A stretch of DNA of 57,899 nucleotides, counting the filler, from Sphacelaria rigidula (lineage: Eukaryota): assembly GCA_964200075.2 (NCBI GenBank). It is 4 parts of 4 records of this genome, joined end to end, with 100 filler letters (N's around TTAATTAATTAA, not from the genome) between each part and the next. Parts side by side here need not be neighbours in the genome. Positions count along the whole stretch, not along the records: positions 29,003 to 43,402 come from CAXNAA020002270.1; positions 43,503 to 57,899 come from CAXNAA020002271.1; 2 more parts are not named here. One strand, 5' to 3'. Each line of letters opens with the position of its first letter. Position 1 is the stretch's first letter. This document shows, piece after piece, positions 36,568 through 49,800 of the stretch. The notes beneath the pieces are model-generated. The model was given only the letters and a program-made list of their open reading frames with translations, ran no database searches and had not been told where the DNA came from. Position numbers and translations under genes: made by a program.

Positions 36568-38788
36568 CTCATCCTTAGCCCCTTGATACCCGCTGCATCA
36601 GACTCGCGGGATTTTCACCGGTGAAATTCTCGGGAAAATCGTCTGTTTGTGTTCAATGAGTACCCTTCTGAAAAAAAAAACTGAAAAAACCCCAGCATTT
36701 GAACACACACAAACAGTTGGAATTGACCCGAGAAAACAAGCAAACCACGTGCACCAGTAGAGTACGTGAATGGCTGCAGTCGGGATGGTGATTATACACG
36801 CCACTGCATCCGCCCAACCCTTCTCGTGAGGGGTGTATTTGGAAGCATGGCACGCCACCGTTATTAGTTATAACGTAGTATGTACGCGTTTCAAAGCCAA
36901 ATTAGTGTTACTATGTCGTAAGGCACACCTACAGGTATTGCGGGATGCTCGAGCTCTTGTTTCACTTGGCCACGCGCGGTTTCGGCTGCTACGATTGACG
37001 TTTTTGCGACTGGTCCCAGTGCACACCGTCAAACTTGCAGTACAGTTATGCCCGTGAGTGGGGGCCTTAGCGACCAAAAGTCCGTGGGCAACACGGAAGA
37101 ACATGAATGCGGAGGGATATTGAAGACGTGTTCAAGACGTCATAGGCTGGTCGGACCTGCCCCGAATCTCTGCCGAACAGACCACACGCTCCATCCTAAG
37201 TTTAGTATGCGAGAGCTGTAATTTTTCGTCGCATATTTCTCGAGACAGGAAGCAAACCGGCCTGTGGTACTTCGCAGCCCCGCACACACACTACACCTAC
37301 TCAGTGTGGCGATGAAGTTGCTCAATTCGCCACAGCAGATCCTAAAAGCCCCAGAACGTTAAAGAAAACGTGTTTTTTGGTACATTTCATGTTTGTTGCA
37401 GCGATTTGCACAGTGCTGCGGTCTCCTCAGCACACTTTACGGAAACCTGCTGCCACACTGAACAGTTCCGATGTGTGGGAAGGACACGCATCAAACCGTA
37501 GACCAATCCTCTGCTTCTTTACCGACAAAAAGAGGTTGAAAGATAGGCACAACGACATACTGCAACAAGAGGGGCACACCAACACGAGCAGCAGATTCTA
37601 TCCTCCTGTTGTTGTAACCCTGTGAACGGGTGTACAGCAACGTCAGTCACAGGTTTGTTATAGAATGTACTACAGTGATAGTGCATTTTGTAAGAGCGCC
37701 GTCGTCATTTCGAGTGACTCGTGTACTTTGGATGAATACTGATTGGCTCATTTAGTGTCCATTTCTTCTGCATTTAACGGACTGTGTAGTTGGTCGGTCT
37801 ATTTTCCCGATATATAGTGCCCAAAATCGGACCCCATTCACGGGCACAACAGTGCAGCACGCTTGTATATGATACTCTCGATGCAGCAGGATGAACACCA
37901 CCTTGGCCTAGCAATAAGGAGCAAAATTGTCAAAACATGCCAAAGTATGCTACGCTCTGTTCAAGAGAGTCGGCGAGTTTTCGCGCTACGTTGCTTTTGT
38001 AATGTAATACAGCGTTCCGATAGTAGCCACCCCACGATCTGCTGGGGATGCGTATGTTGTTGTGTGTATTTTTGAAGTTTGTCCTTCCCCGGGCGCACAT
38101 CAGGTGGTATGTGCAATGGTGGCATGATTTTGAAAGTGCGTATGAGTACGGTCGAGCTGCCTCACTATAGCAGTTTCATTTTCGCCCCCCTTTTCATTTT
38201 TCGAACAAGTACACTCCAACGCAACTGTGTACTGTACATGTTATCGTTGCACCCGCATGCCAACGAACCTTGTTTCCTCGACGGCTGCAATTCAAGCGGC
38301 GACCCAGTGAGCGCACGCAAAACCTCGTGGGACACTGCCATAGATCCGATTTCGGGGCAACTGAAAGCATCGGGATTACGCTGAAACACACGAGATCCTA
38401 TTTTGCCGGTGTGGGCCGTCCTCTACGCGGGGCACTTCGATGACCTCTGCGCCTCCGTACTGGGTTTGCGTGCAAGCCAGGGAACGCGGTACCTCCCTTG
38501 CCAGCGGTGTCTCAATTTCTCCATATTGTACCAATTAGGCAAGGCCACCCACATCCCCGCTGCTGAGGCCACTGTGGGATACTTTCCGACAGCTTTAGGA
38601 AGCGTTATGGGCCTTCTTGTGTGTAAGCCGAGCTAGGCACTTGTACTTGCTTTATTCCATGTCATGTCTTAAACCGAACTTCCCCAACTTTCCCGCACCA
38701 GCTGTCATACCCGGCTTGCCTTTCCCCTATCACCTGAGACCGATCCTAGCGTAACCCCAAACCCCAATCGCTACAATACCGTAATAGG

Positions 38789-41700
38789 ATGGTCGACATG
38801 TTGAGTGATGAGGTCGACGATGCCCAACCAAGAGAGAGTACAACAGGCTGCTCCAGGATCATGGCGTCCGCCGCCTCTGCGATCTGCGCAGGCACTGCCT
38901 GTCCTACAGAATTCTGTGAAATGGCCGGTGCTTCCGACAGGAAATGCTACGGGATCACGAGGGGCGTCAAAGATGAGGAAGGAGCCAAGCTTGGGAATGA
39001 CAAGATGACCGTGGTTGGATACGCGTTCATGCCGAAAAAAAATGACTCCATGTCCAAGGTGAAGTAGTAGCACGGATGGGATCGGTTGGGTATTTTGCTT
39101 TCTTGTACTGTTCGATGCCAATAGCAACACAGAGAGGATTCCTATCGTTCTTGCCATCATTGGGTGCCCATCGATTCTACCGCGGCCATGTTTTGTGCGT
39201 CGTTCCAGGTTATGGGGACCGGCCCTTCCGACGCAGTCGAATTCCTTCCCATTGACTTCTCGATCCCTCCCGAGGAGCACGATGACAAACACGGTAGGGG
39301 AATGGACGTTATCCTGCATAAGCTATCTGATGACATCATGATCAGGTGCGTTCCGGGGGGCCTCTAAGTTTACATGGCTTGCTGTGGCGACACTGTAGTG
39401 CGCTTCAAGTTTTCGCCACCGCTCGTGATGGGATTCGTTTCCTATCGGTTAGCTGGACGGTAATGGGTGTGTAGAGGACGGTGGTCGTGCCCCTTAAGTG
39501 AGGCTGTCGCTCCACCGCGAAAACCCGCGCTGCAACCCTTCGTATTTTTTCTTGGTGGACGGACTTTCTTGTGTACACGGCCTTGTCGGTACGTGAAAAC
39601 AGTTCGTGTCACCCCGGGAAAGTAACCGAATCGAGAGTGACGGTATTACCCCACAGAGCATAGCGCACCAAGTATGAGTTTTTGTGAGGGAACCAAATGT
39701 ATCATGCACCAAATTCGCCACGTGCTAGCGTGTTCGAAACGATTATTTCCTCATGAGATCAACGGGATTGCAATGGGCCACCGTTGGCACGTGCAAATCT
39801 AGCGTTTTTTTTTTTTCCTCTCCACCGTTCCGTAGCAAACTCAGGCTACTTATTTAGCCTCGGGCAGATGGCCATCGTATTTTGGGACGTGGAGCTATCA
39901 TTTGCCTTCCCTCGGGGGACCTGCTGAACAGTCGCCTCTCCTCCGTTTACCTCGTATGCTGGGTTTGGGATCTCCAGGAACAACCAGACGAAGGGAAGCG
40001 GGCGCCTCGAATGGATCGAGCAATACTTGAAATGTCACCCCGAGACTGTCGTCGTGGATGCTTTCGACAGCGTAGGCAAGGTCATCGATAGGCGGATCAC
40101 GCTTGAGGTAACCGCTTTTACAACGTGTACGATGCGGTCGAGAATCGCCTGCTTCCCACTTGTGTGTTGTTGAAGTGCAAGATTTCCGAGATTTCCTTTT
40201 TTTCCACCTACGGGTCTGAATACAGGACCCGAGACGGTAGACTTTTGGCGCTAGTAACCCTTCATGCTACTTGCCATTAGCATCACTATGCCGCTCAAAT
40301 TACCGCAGGTGATTGTCAGCGTCGGATGCAGGCAACATGTGCGTGTCAAGCTTCTGGGTAGGAATCATCGAACATGCACATCGGAACATCAATGCGTAGG
40401 TCCACTGTTATATACATCAATACACACACGGAAGGCCTCGAAAGGCGCGCTCCCTGTGATTTGTGGCTTTTACCCGTGCAGAACGCGTATTGCAGAGTGC
40501 ATCAAGTAGCACACGTTGCGGCAACCATTTGCATACGTTTCACAGTTAGGACGAATCATCACGACCAAGAATCACCAAACCCACGATTTCGTCGGCCTGA
40601 TTGCCCAAAAGGGAGAAAAAAAATTGACCGCTGGTCCAAGGGGTATCCACGCAACTTTTGCGCCATTCCACGTGTCTGGGCTGCGTTTACCTGGGTTGCA
40701 ACGCTGAAAACAAAGCCTAGGAATTGATTCGTACGAGTTGAATCAATTATACCAAGACCAAGTAATTTCCAGACGAGTGATTATTTGTCCGACCCTTGAT
40801 GCGTTTGGCATAGATCGTCCACGTACGATGTGGGCGCCATCGGTAAGTGTACCCTCTCCACCCTCCCGCTGCACTGTCACCATGTATATTTTCATTCTGC
40901 GGAAGTTGCTGACCGAATCCTACAGGAAGCAGGGGGCGTCAGGGGGCATGCCCCGGCCCCCACGTTATCTTGTGCTCGACACTGAAACGGAGGCAACAAG
41001 AGGCGAGAGCGAGGCGATTCGAGGGAGGAGGTGGGCTGGGAGTGTTCCTGAAGATGATAGCCGAGTGGACTTCCCGGTCATTTGCAAGCCCATTGACGCA
41101 TGTGGTGAGGACCTAGCTGCCACGGCGACCTGTTGATGATGGAGTAGAGCTTACCTTGACAAGTCGCTGAAGTCGCCGTATTTTGAAATGTACTTGTTTC
41201 TCGGTGAATTCTGATATTTGACTTATGGGGGCCAGCAGTAGGAAGTCCTCGCCAGCGTGTGCAGCACTCGTTTACACCTAAATGAGCTGTGCTAACGCGC
41301 ACTTTGTGTAGGACGCCCTCTGAGACTCCCTTGCCCGAAGGCCCTTGGTGTGTTTTGCGTTTGGGTTGAGATTACCGTGTTGGTTGCGATTCACGAACAC
41401 GAGTACGTGTTATGCCGGGGCGTTTGGCGACAGGTGGAGGGTGAAACGCCTCATTTAAGGCATACGTGCAGGGAACGAGGTGTCTATTTGGTTTCCCGCT
41501 ATCCACGAGTGCTTTGTGCATTTTTGTTGGCCAAACAATCACTCGTGACGTACGCGAAATAGTGCAATGGCTGCGACGTCCTGGCTCCAACGGCATTGCC
41601 TTGCCCGTGCTAGCTGTGGTGACTTGCAAGGGTCTCGCTATTGCGCCTGACCAGATCTAGGTGTTCCTACAGGAAGTCGAGAGTCGCACACGATGACTGT

Positions 41701-42884
41701 CGTCCTGAACGAAGCTGGAATGAGGGACGTTCCGAAGCCAACCGTGGTTCAAGAGTACTGCAACCATGGAGCCCTCCTCTTCAAGGTGAAGAACAGCTCA
41801 CAAGGATAATGAGCGTAGTGACGGGACCGGTGAATCTCCTGCGCCACTGTCATCCGTTAACTGCGGTTACACCTCCGTCAATTGCGGTTACACTAATGAC
41901 CCGAGCTGTACGCGCCAATGAGATCGTTAAGTACCAGCGTCACGTGTACCGTTGGGTGCAATTCATGTGACCTTTTCGTCATCTTAATGAAGTGTACTAG
42001 CTTAAAATACCGCACGGGCGAGTGTGAAACTATTTGCAAGGTCATCCCGGGAAACACGAACCCAACGTATTGTGACGCCAGGTCTGCGTGATCGGGAATG
42101 ATGTGCGCGTGTACACGAGATCCTCGCTTCCGGATCTTCCGCTGGGGTTGCAGGGGTCCTTCAAATTCGACAGTCAGAGGCCTTATCCAAGCTTGAATGA
42201 GGTAGGCAGGGCTTGATACTTTGGTAGCCGCTGGTGTTCCTTACTACACTCGCACTGTGCAATTTGAAAACAAATGCCATGTACCACCACTCGATGAGGT
42301 CTGCTACGACTTTTTGATGCACTCAGTGTCGAAATTTTCCTCTGAAGTACGGTGCCTGTCTTCGTCTCGCCCGTCGCCGACCGTCTCCTGTCGACCCATG
42401 TATAGTACAACACTACTCCCTGAATGCAACGGTGTTCTCAGATGATTGCGTCGTGCAGGGGAAAGAGGAAATCGGGTGATGCGTCTGACGGCAGCTCTGC
42501 AGCATCGCGCTGCAGCACAGGGAACGGCACTGTCTCCCGCGCGAAGCTGCAATCACCGCTCCAACCGACCATAACAGCTTCTGAGGTTGACTGTGTGCAC
42601 AATTATACTCCAGATTTATCACCATTCGCCGCTGAGGTCATCGAGTCGGCGCGATGTTGTAGCGACGGTGCCGTGGTCCTCTCGTCACCGGATACTGTGG
42701 CATCATCCCATTGCAGCGGCCGAGCCCACGGATGCGAGCACGCTAAATGTGCTCATGATTCGTGTCATCCTCCTGCTGGGATGATTCGGTGTGACGGCGT
42801 TACCTCGCAAGGATTGCAGCACGCGAAGGCAACGCCGGTTTCACTTGAAGCTCGAGGTCCCACCATTCCGCTAGACGTTGCAAG
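38789..42884 (+). CDS. ITPK1: Inositol 1,3,4-trisphosphate 5/6-kinase (ATP-grasp), 3'-partial; exons 38789-39058, 39209-39345, 39978-40107, 40906-41104, 41673-41785, 42082-42201, 42442-42884
   Basis: VVGYAFMPKK, DVILHKLSD, YLKCHPETVVVD...VIDR, FPVICKPIDACGSRESHTM, VVQEYCNHGALLFKVCVIG, RSSLPD, FDSQ are ITPK1-family motifs. GT-AG junctions are phase-consistent. The C-terminal exons were not found before the contig end, and the start ATG is uncertain. Confidence 0.9.
40520..40798 (+). repeat. Dispersed repeat in ITPK1 intron 3; reverse-orientation copy at 43592-43862
   Basis: ttgaccgctggtc...tttgcgccattccacgtg...gttgcaacgctgaaaacaaagcct...caagtaatttccagac...gtccgacccttg matches the reverse complement of 43592-43862. 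Confidence 0.85.
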
Positions 42885-43329
42885 GTAAGCGGTCCGGGGG
42901 TAGTGCACCCGAGGCTCGGCAAGCAATGTGAAGAGAAAGGGGGGGGAAATGTACTCATGATCTTGCATGCCATAGTCATATGACCATTGACTTCGCATCC
43001 CTACAAATCCGGGACGGAGCACGCCGGGTTTCCGCCGGATCAGGCGCGCAATCAATCACCAAGCGCGAAGCGCCATAATGTGTTCGACGAGCCGTGATGT
43101 GTTCGACGAGTTGCGTGAAGGGTGAGCTGCAGCCCGCTAAGATTTTTCGACACGAGGCGTACTGATTATCTTGGATTCGGATGATAACCTTCAATGAGTT
43201 GCTTCATTTTTCGGGGTTGCCACTTCAGGGTCAGCCATGGTTTATACACTGCCTCATGGGTGTCTCACCATTGAAACACCACGTAGTACGGTCATCCCCT
43301 TTGCGCGGAGTTGAGCCTCCCCCCCCCCC

Positions 43330-43402
43330 CCCAGAAGCAGAGTTGGGAATGTACTCACTAAAAACAAACAGAGACATGAGGAAATTGCGATGGCAGTATA
43401 GC
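43330..43402 (+). mobile_element. LINE ORF C-terminal fragment at the contig end
   Basis: AELGMYSLKTNRDMRKLRWQY resembles the post-RT ELG...R.R.L.W region of non-LTR elements. Confidence 0.5.
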
Positions 43403-43502
43403 NNNNNNNNNNNNNNNNNNNNNNNNNNNNNNNNNNNNNNNNNNNNTTAATTAATTAANNNNNNNNNNNNNNNNNNNNNNNNNNNNNNNNNNNNNNNNNN
43501 NN
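43403..43502. other. Artificial contig-joining spacer
   Basis: N44-TTAATTAATTAA-N44. Confidence 0.98.
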
Positions 43503-43591
43503 GTTGAGGTGGTGGGCTGGTTTTTGTTGTAGGGGTGGAGGTGGGGCGGGGGTATGGGGGGGGGAGGGGGGGGGGGGGGGGGTAACTTTTG

Positions 43592-43862
43592 CAAGGGTCG
43601 GACGAATGAATGATTGGTCTGGAAATTACTTGATTTTAGTGTTATTGATTCGTACCGTACGAACCAATCCTCAGGCTTTGTTTTCAGCGTTGCAACAAAG
43701 GTACGCGCAGCTCAGGCACGTGGAATGGCGCAAAAATTGCGTGGAGACCTTTTTGACCAGCGGTCAACTTCTTTTTCTCTTTCCAGCAACCAGGCCTGAA
43801 AAATCGTGGATTTGGTGATTCGAACCGGCGATGATTCGTCCGAACCGTGAACTTTTGCAACC
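43592..43862 (-). repeat. Dispersed repeat (copy of 40520-40798)
   Basis: Reverse-complement alignment by eye; ORFs 43684-43866(-) and 40374-40727(+) share FTVRTNH..ESPNPRF.RP. Confidence 0.85.
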
Positions 43863-44401
43863 CCACGAGGCGAAACTTGTCTCCGATAAGAATACTTTTG
43901 GAATGAAATCAGGTGTGTTCTTGACCGAGTTTCGACAGTACCGTGGGTACGTCTATCTTAAAGTTGCGACTGCATCCTTCGGCCGAGGATCAGATAGTAT
44001 CCGCGACAACTATTACTCCGTATATAATAGTAATCATGTCAAAGCATCACATTTCTGTGTCAATTTTTGTGAAAGGTTGGTCTTGAGATGAAGATCATCC
44101 CATTTTCCTGTGGCCAACAAAGGGTTGGGAAACAGTCAACTTAAAGGCCTCGCCCTACTATCATTCCTTCCAGTATACACAGATGATGGGAATCGGTGTA
44201 CGGTACACAATTGAGCAACTCTCATCATTTGAGACAGTTCCCACGTCTTGGCGCCAATTTCGCAAACGAGTATCTTCATCGCGGATCGCATCTGAAGCGC
44301 AACACAGTGAGATCCCGAGACACGGGGGGAAAAGTCGTGAGTAAATTCTGAGCACCATTTATTATTCAGCGGCGCCATGAAATTGTTGGCACAACCAATC
44401 A

Positions 44402-44402
44402 G

Positions 44403-44444
<42 letters not shown>
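44402..44444 (+). repeat. (GTT)n microsatellite
   Basis: Directly visible. Confidence 0.95.
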
Positions 44445-44445
<1 letters not shown>

Positions 44446-45209
44446 CTTTACATGAGAAAAATGTTCCGATATCTGTGCAGTACTCTGTACTGGGCATCAG
44501 ATGCGGACGCCTTCCGTGGTCACAGACTAACTATCTCAAGCTAGGGTAGTCAGTCCTTTGTGGGATTGGCTACCTCATCATCACACATCGAGGCCCATAA
44601 TTATCCACTGTTTTCAGACATGTCCGAAATTTTCGGCACTGGCAAGGTACCTGATGACTGACTCCAATGCTTGCGAGCGCCACGGCGTACTCTCAGGGCA
44701 GTTCTCCGGAGTGCTGCGTTGCAATCCGAATTTTTCAGAGTTCTCTCAAAATGAAGCTTAGGAAAAATAATTACGCCGCTTCATTTTCGGAAAAGTCTGA
44801 ACGCAGAGTTCGAAATGTCCAAAACTTTCTGACATCTCCAAAAAAACAGCGTCGAGAACAATTGACTTATGACTGACCCGTTGCGAATACAGCCGTGACC
44901 AGAAGATAAGACATATATCCAAGGTGTTTCAAGCGCTACGCATCCTTCGGGCTTTTGCCCATGACATCTTGTACTCTTTGACCGCGAGCAGGATCTAGAG
45001 GGGTTCCGCAGCGAGAAGATTTTGGCGGGAAGATCATTGATGGCTGCGAATGACCAGCCATAGAGAGAGAATGGACTTTTAAATATTACCATCGTCAGTG
45101 AACCTCCTATCAAGATCAAGGAAACTATGTTGTACTCATTTTTTGCATTTCGTAAAATGGAAAATTGAACGCTGCTGAAAGTCAAGAGAAAGCACTACGA
45201 GCTGGGCCA

Positions 45210-45533
45210 CACACGCGGCCATTTGGCTACACCCCAAAATGCCTCCGGAGGGGTGCGCGGCCCTCCAGAGGGAAAACAAGCCTCCGGAGCCCTTCAATCT
45301 CTCTGGAGGAAACCAAACTCTACCGACCGCGCACCCCTCAGGAGGAATTTGGGGGTATGCGCCGCCCTCCAGAGGCAAAAATAAGCCTCCGGAGGTGTTT
45401 AATCCCTCTGGAGGAATCCAAAAAATCTCCTCTGGGGGGCCGCGCACCCCTCCGGAGGCGTTTAATTCCTCTGGAGGCTCGAAACGTTTACCCACCTGGA
45501 CGAATTTTGGAGGTAGCCAAATGGCCGCGTGTG
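45210..45533. mobile_element. CMC/CACTA-like MITE: CACACGCGGCCATTTGGCTAC TIRs, 2-bp TSD (CA), internal CCTCYRGAGG repeats
   Basis: ca|cacacgcggccatttggctac...gtagccaaatggccgcgtgtg|ca; about ten internal cctccggagg/cctctggagg-type palindromes. Confidence 0.85.
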
Positions 45534-46850
45534 CAGCAGTAAATCCCGCACTCGCTTTCCACCCCACAACTTCTCAAGTTTTCCAAATCAGCACGACTTG
45601 AGCATATCGATGTGAACTGCATACCAACCTGGTCACATACGGCACCGCCGCTGGATGAAGAAAAGTAAAGAAAAAAAATGAAATGCATAATTTATGACCT
45701 TGATGACGGACGGAAAAAAAAAAGAGAATGTGTTGGCATTCGAACTCATGACCTCCATAACTGGAGTCTCCTGCATCACTTGAATTCAACGGGCGCAGCC
45801 GTGTCACGAAAAGTGCGACACAAAGCCCATTGAGGTGTTTTTGGTCGAAACTTTACCAGGATGTCGTTGACGTGAGTGATGTGTTGGAGCCTTGTCGTCG
45901 TTTTGATCATTTTTTGAGTAAGTTATAGCATTTTCCCTGTTTTTGCTGACACTTCAACTCGCTCTAACTTTTTTTTTTTCTTTCCTGCTTTCCTCTGCAC
46001 CACTGACAGGGTTGCACGGGGGTTGATGATTAAACTATCGTGTAAAACTTTCAGCGCCCAACTCTTCGAAATACCAATGGCATCTCCGCTTTTCCTTAAA
46101 AAATCAAAGGTCAGCTGACCCAGCTCGTGCCACAAAACAAGTGGTGAAGCAGACCTTCGCTTCTTTCCAAAGCTTCCGCGGGTTAGGTTCACAGTTACAC
46201 TTGACGTTGATGATTAGTGCTCATATTATGCCTCACAAGCTCGATCGAAATAACAAGGCCCAGAGAGAGCCACTATGGTTTCAAGCCGCCGCTGCACTCA
46301 GGCAACAAAATTAGAATCGGCAAAATAGTCAGCAGTTGAGACCACGTCCGAAAACTACGAGTTGGAATACATCACACTACAGTACACGATGTGTGCGTTC
46401 AAGTATATTCCCGCTTCCCCATGTAGATCACCCCCTCGTCCCTCTATTTTCCAGGCCCGACTCTTCAAGGAACATCGCTGGAGTACGACAAAAATTACGC
46501 AAAACAGACATCAAGACTAAGCCAAGAATGGGCACTGTGCCACACAACGCATAAAAATACATACAACACGACAGCGGTCACTTCCCTGCAGGATAAGAAC
46601 ACCCAGACTGCATACGCTTCCAACATGACGCACGAATACGCTACACTACACTACACCCAGGACACACAATCTGAAAACAAAACACGCCGTCATATTCAAA
46701 ATCCACTCGAGGTGGTGAAAGCCTTCCTTTTGTCCCTAGATTCCAACGAGGCCATAAACACAAGAAATACACCCAGCTATGATCAGCGTAAAGATAAACA
46801 GACGACCCGTACGACTAGCGACCGCCCAGCACTGCTGCTGCTCTGCCAGA

Positions 46851-49800
46851 TCAATCGCCGTGCGTAGTTGTTCCAATACCCTCCCAGTGCCCAGCCGCCC
46901 CTTCCAAATCCTCAATCACATCATCGCTGCGTTGGTAGTGGTTGAACGGCTGCCTCGCACTACTACGCCTGACACCACCCGTCGGCGTTGCCGCCGCTGC
47001 TCTGCCAAGACTTCCACCGCCGCCGGCCCCCGATGCCCCCGCGGAATTGCGGATACCGGTGGGAATCCAAGCACCGGCGGGGAGGCCTCCGGACATACTA
47101 GCCGCCGATCGCGCCCCGAACCTGCCCAGGATGTTGCCGGAGTAGGCGCCGCGTCCCTTCGGCTTCACCCGCTTCGATACTTTTTTCCGACCTGAAGCTG
47201 CAGGTTTCCTACCCTTTTTTTTTGGCTTCTTACTTTCTCGGGTCTTTCTGCGGGCCTCGTAGGTAGCACCGGCGGCGGGCCCTTTCACATTCAGGAATTT
47301 GGCGAAGTCTACGCTGCTTGATCCGTCATCCCGATGCTCCTCCACGCTGGCGAAGAACCTGTACTTGCGGATCCCGGACGCTACCCGCCCCCTGTCGTCA
47401 TCTGGACAGACGGCGATCTCATCATCGTCTGAGATGTCTTCCACGGCGTACCGTGGATTTTCGAGCGGGTCTTCGTACAACGATTCCTGGTCTTGTCCAG
47501 GCACATAACTCGATCCGTGGCCGTTTTGTTCTTGTGAGGATTCTTCGAAATTTTCTGTGAGATCTAGGATTTCTCCAGCTGGCGGAGCTTTGCGTTGCCG
47601 CTTCTCGCTCCGAGGTCCTACAGGAGCCTCGCCGTTCTCCTCCGAGAACACTTTGCTCAAACGCTGCTCAATCTGCGACCCGATCAATTCAGCGTTTGTG
47701 TCGCTTCCGTCGGACTCTTCATCATCCCCATCCTCTCTCCATTCTTCGTCGTCGTCCTCATCGCAAGGCCCGTCATCAGACTCATCGTATTCGTACCCGT
47801 AGTCCGCACCGTAACAACCCTCGCCGTCCGGCACGATCGCATCCACGTCACCGACGAACCCGTCCGCTCCCCCACCAACCTCACCGCCACCATCACCATC
47901 ATCAACACCATCATTGACGTTTTTTTTTCTTGTTCTAGATGACGCAGACCTGCTGCGAGCATTATCACGCCTTCCGCTGACCCCGGCTCCCACAGCTTTT
48001 TCATCATCATCAGCCTCGCCATCGTCATCATCAGTCGATTCTACCGCGGCACGCCTTTTCCTTTCTCGGGTACTTGTTTCCCTATCGACTTCTAAGCCAC
48101 CCTTGCCGCCCTCACCATTTCCCTCCTCTCCATCAGTGTCGACGCCCCTTTGGTCCTTTCCTCGGCCAGAATCTGAGACTGCCTTCCGTTTACGAGTGCT
48201 GCCGTCGGACGTACCACCCCCACCTGGGCCGGCAGGGGTTGCACCGCTACTCGCGCCTCCTCCGGAAGCGATCCGCTTGGGCTCATTGCAGATTTCGCAT
48301 TTTCTAGTCCGCGCTCTGTTCAAATATGTGCACCTCCCGCACGCCCACTCCCCCCTGCTCTGGTTCTTCGCCGGCGGAACCGAACTTTGGCTGCAGGGAT
48401 CATCGACAGAAGAAGTCGTAGTTGAGGAGGGGTCGCTCCGTGCCATGACATCCGAACCCTTCCGCGGCGTGAGCGATTTCCGCGGGGTCCGCCTCGCGGT
48501 AGATCCATTCGTGGTGCGCTCCGACGAGCACGGCTTGGCCGAGGCGCCCGGCGGCGAAGAAGGTGGAGTGTCCACCAGCCCCATGGACTTCGGCGAGGGA
48601 TCCGGGCTGTTTCCCCTCTTGGAATCACCGTGGGTGTCATCGGCATTCTCGTCGTTTCCTAATCGCCGTACGCTTCTCGGCGGAGGTGCATGAACTGCTT
48701 GTTCATCAGGCGGTGTGGTTGCTTGCAGCGCCGGCAACGCACCAGGAGCTGCAGCAGTAACGGCGAATGGATCAACGGTTACGGGGACGCCGCCGCAGGG
48801 GCTGGGTAGATTGGGTTCTTCACCCCTAGCCTGTCCTCGGTGCACCCCTCCGTTAATGTGGTGGGAGTGCTTCATTTCATCGTCGATGTCTTCATCAGAG
48901 CTGCCAGAGTCATCGCCAAAATCCACGTCCATACCCTTTCTGGCCGGCAAACGAGCTTGCGTGGTCACCGTAGGGCCTCCCGAGCTACCAGTACTCGTCT
49001 GCCGAGTCGTCAAGACTTTGTCCAAGACATCTCCAGGGGGATTGCTGCCGACCTGGGATGTTGATTGGTCATCGAGCGGCAGACTCTCTACTGTTGTCCG
49101 TTCGTGTTTCTCGCCTGTTCTGTCAGCGTCTACATGGTTACCTGATTCGTGTTTCTGCCGTCGCTTCGATGCAGACGATGATGATGCCGGGTCCACCGCG
49201 CGTTTGTCGGGGCGGGATTCGTTTCCGTTGCTTCGACTTGAGCCACCTGTGTCATCTTTTGGCGTCCAGACCGCACGCTCCCCTCCTTCAACAACACCGG
49301 CTGCAGAGGAAGTGTTACCCCCCACTGAACGCAGCAATCCGGCGTTCAATTTTCCTCCAGAAACATCCTCTTCACTTACTTCCTCATCCCCTTCCGCCGA
49401 AGGATCTTTCACACCACCTTCCTTAGTTTTCACGGCCTCCTCAGCTATCTTCAGCTCCAGGGATTGGGTTTGCTCGCACTTAGCAGATTTAGCAAGGCGT
49501 CCGTCGCCACCCCCACGCTTGAGGCTCAGTCTGGAACGTCTGCGATCAACAGCGCAAGAGGGATGGCATCATTGACCGCATTGTGGATACGCGATGCAAC
49601 TTAACTACCTACCATGCACAGCGTTCTCAACTACAATAATTTTTCGCACTCAAGGTCTGTAAATCACAACACTTGAGCATTGTGCTCCTACCTTTTATTT
49701 ACACAACATATACCGTGAGGGGTCTGGAGAGTCATGAAAAAATACGGCAAAGTATGCGAGAGGGGATAGGAACGCGCAGGGAGTTCAGCGATGCAGTAGT

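Noticed and set aside
45730-45810. tRNA-like sequence on the minus strand (GAGTTCGAAT B-box); similar box at ~9551
   Set aside because: No cloverleaf could be built; at most a decayed SINE head.
47914-49575. Long plus-strand ORFs (259 and 286 aa)
   Set aside because: Antisense shadows of the GC-rich minus-strand zinc-finger gene.
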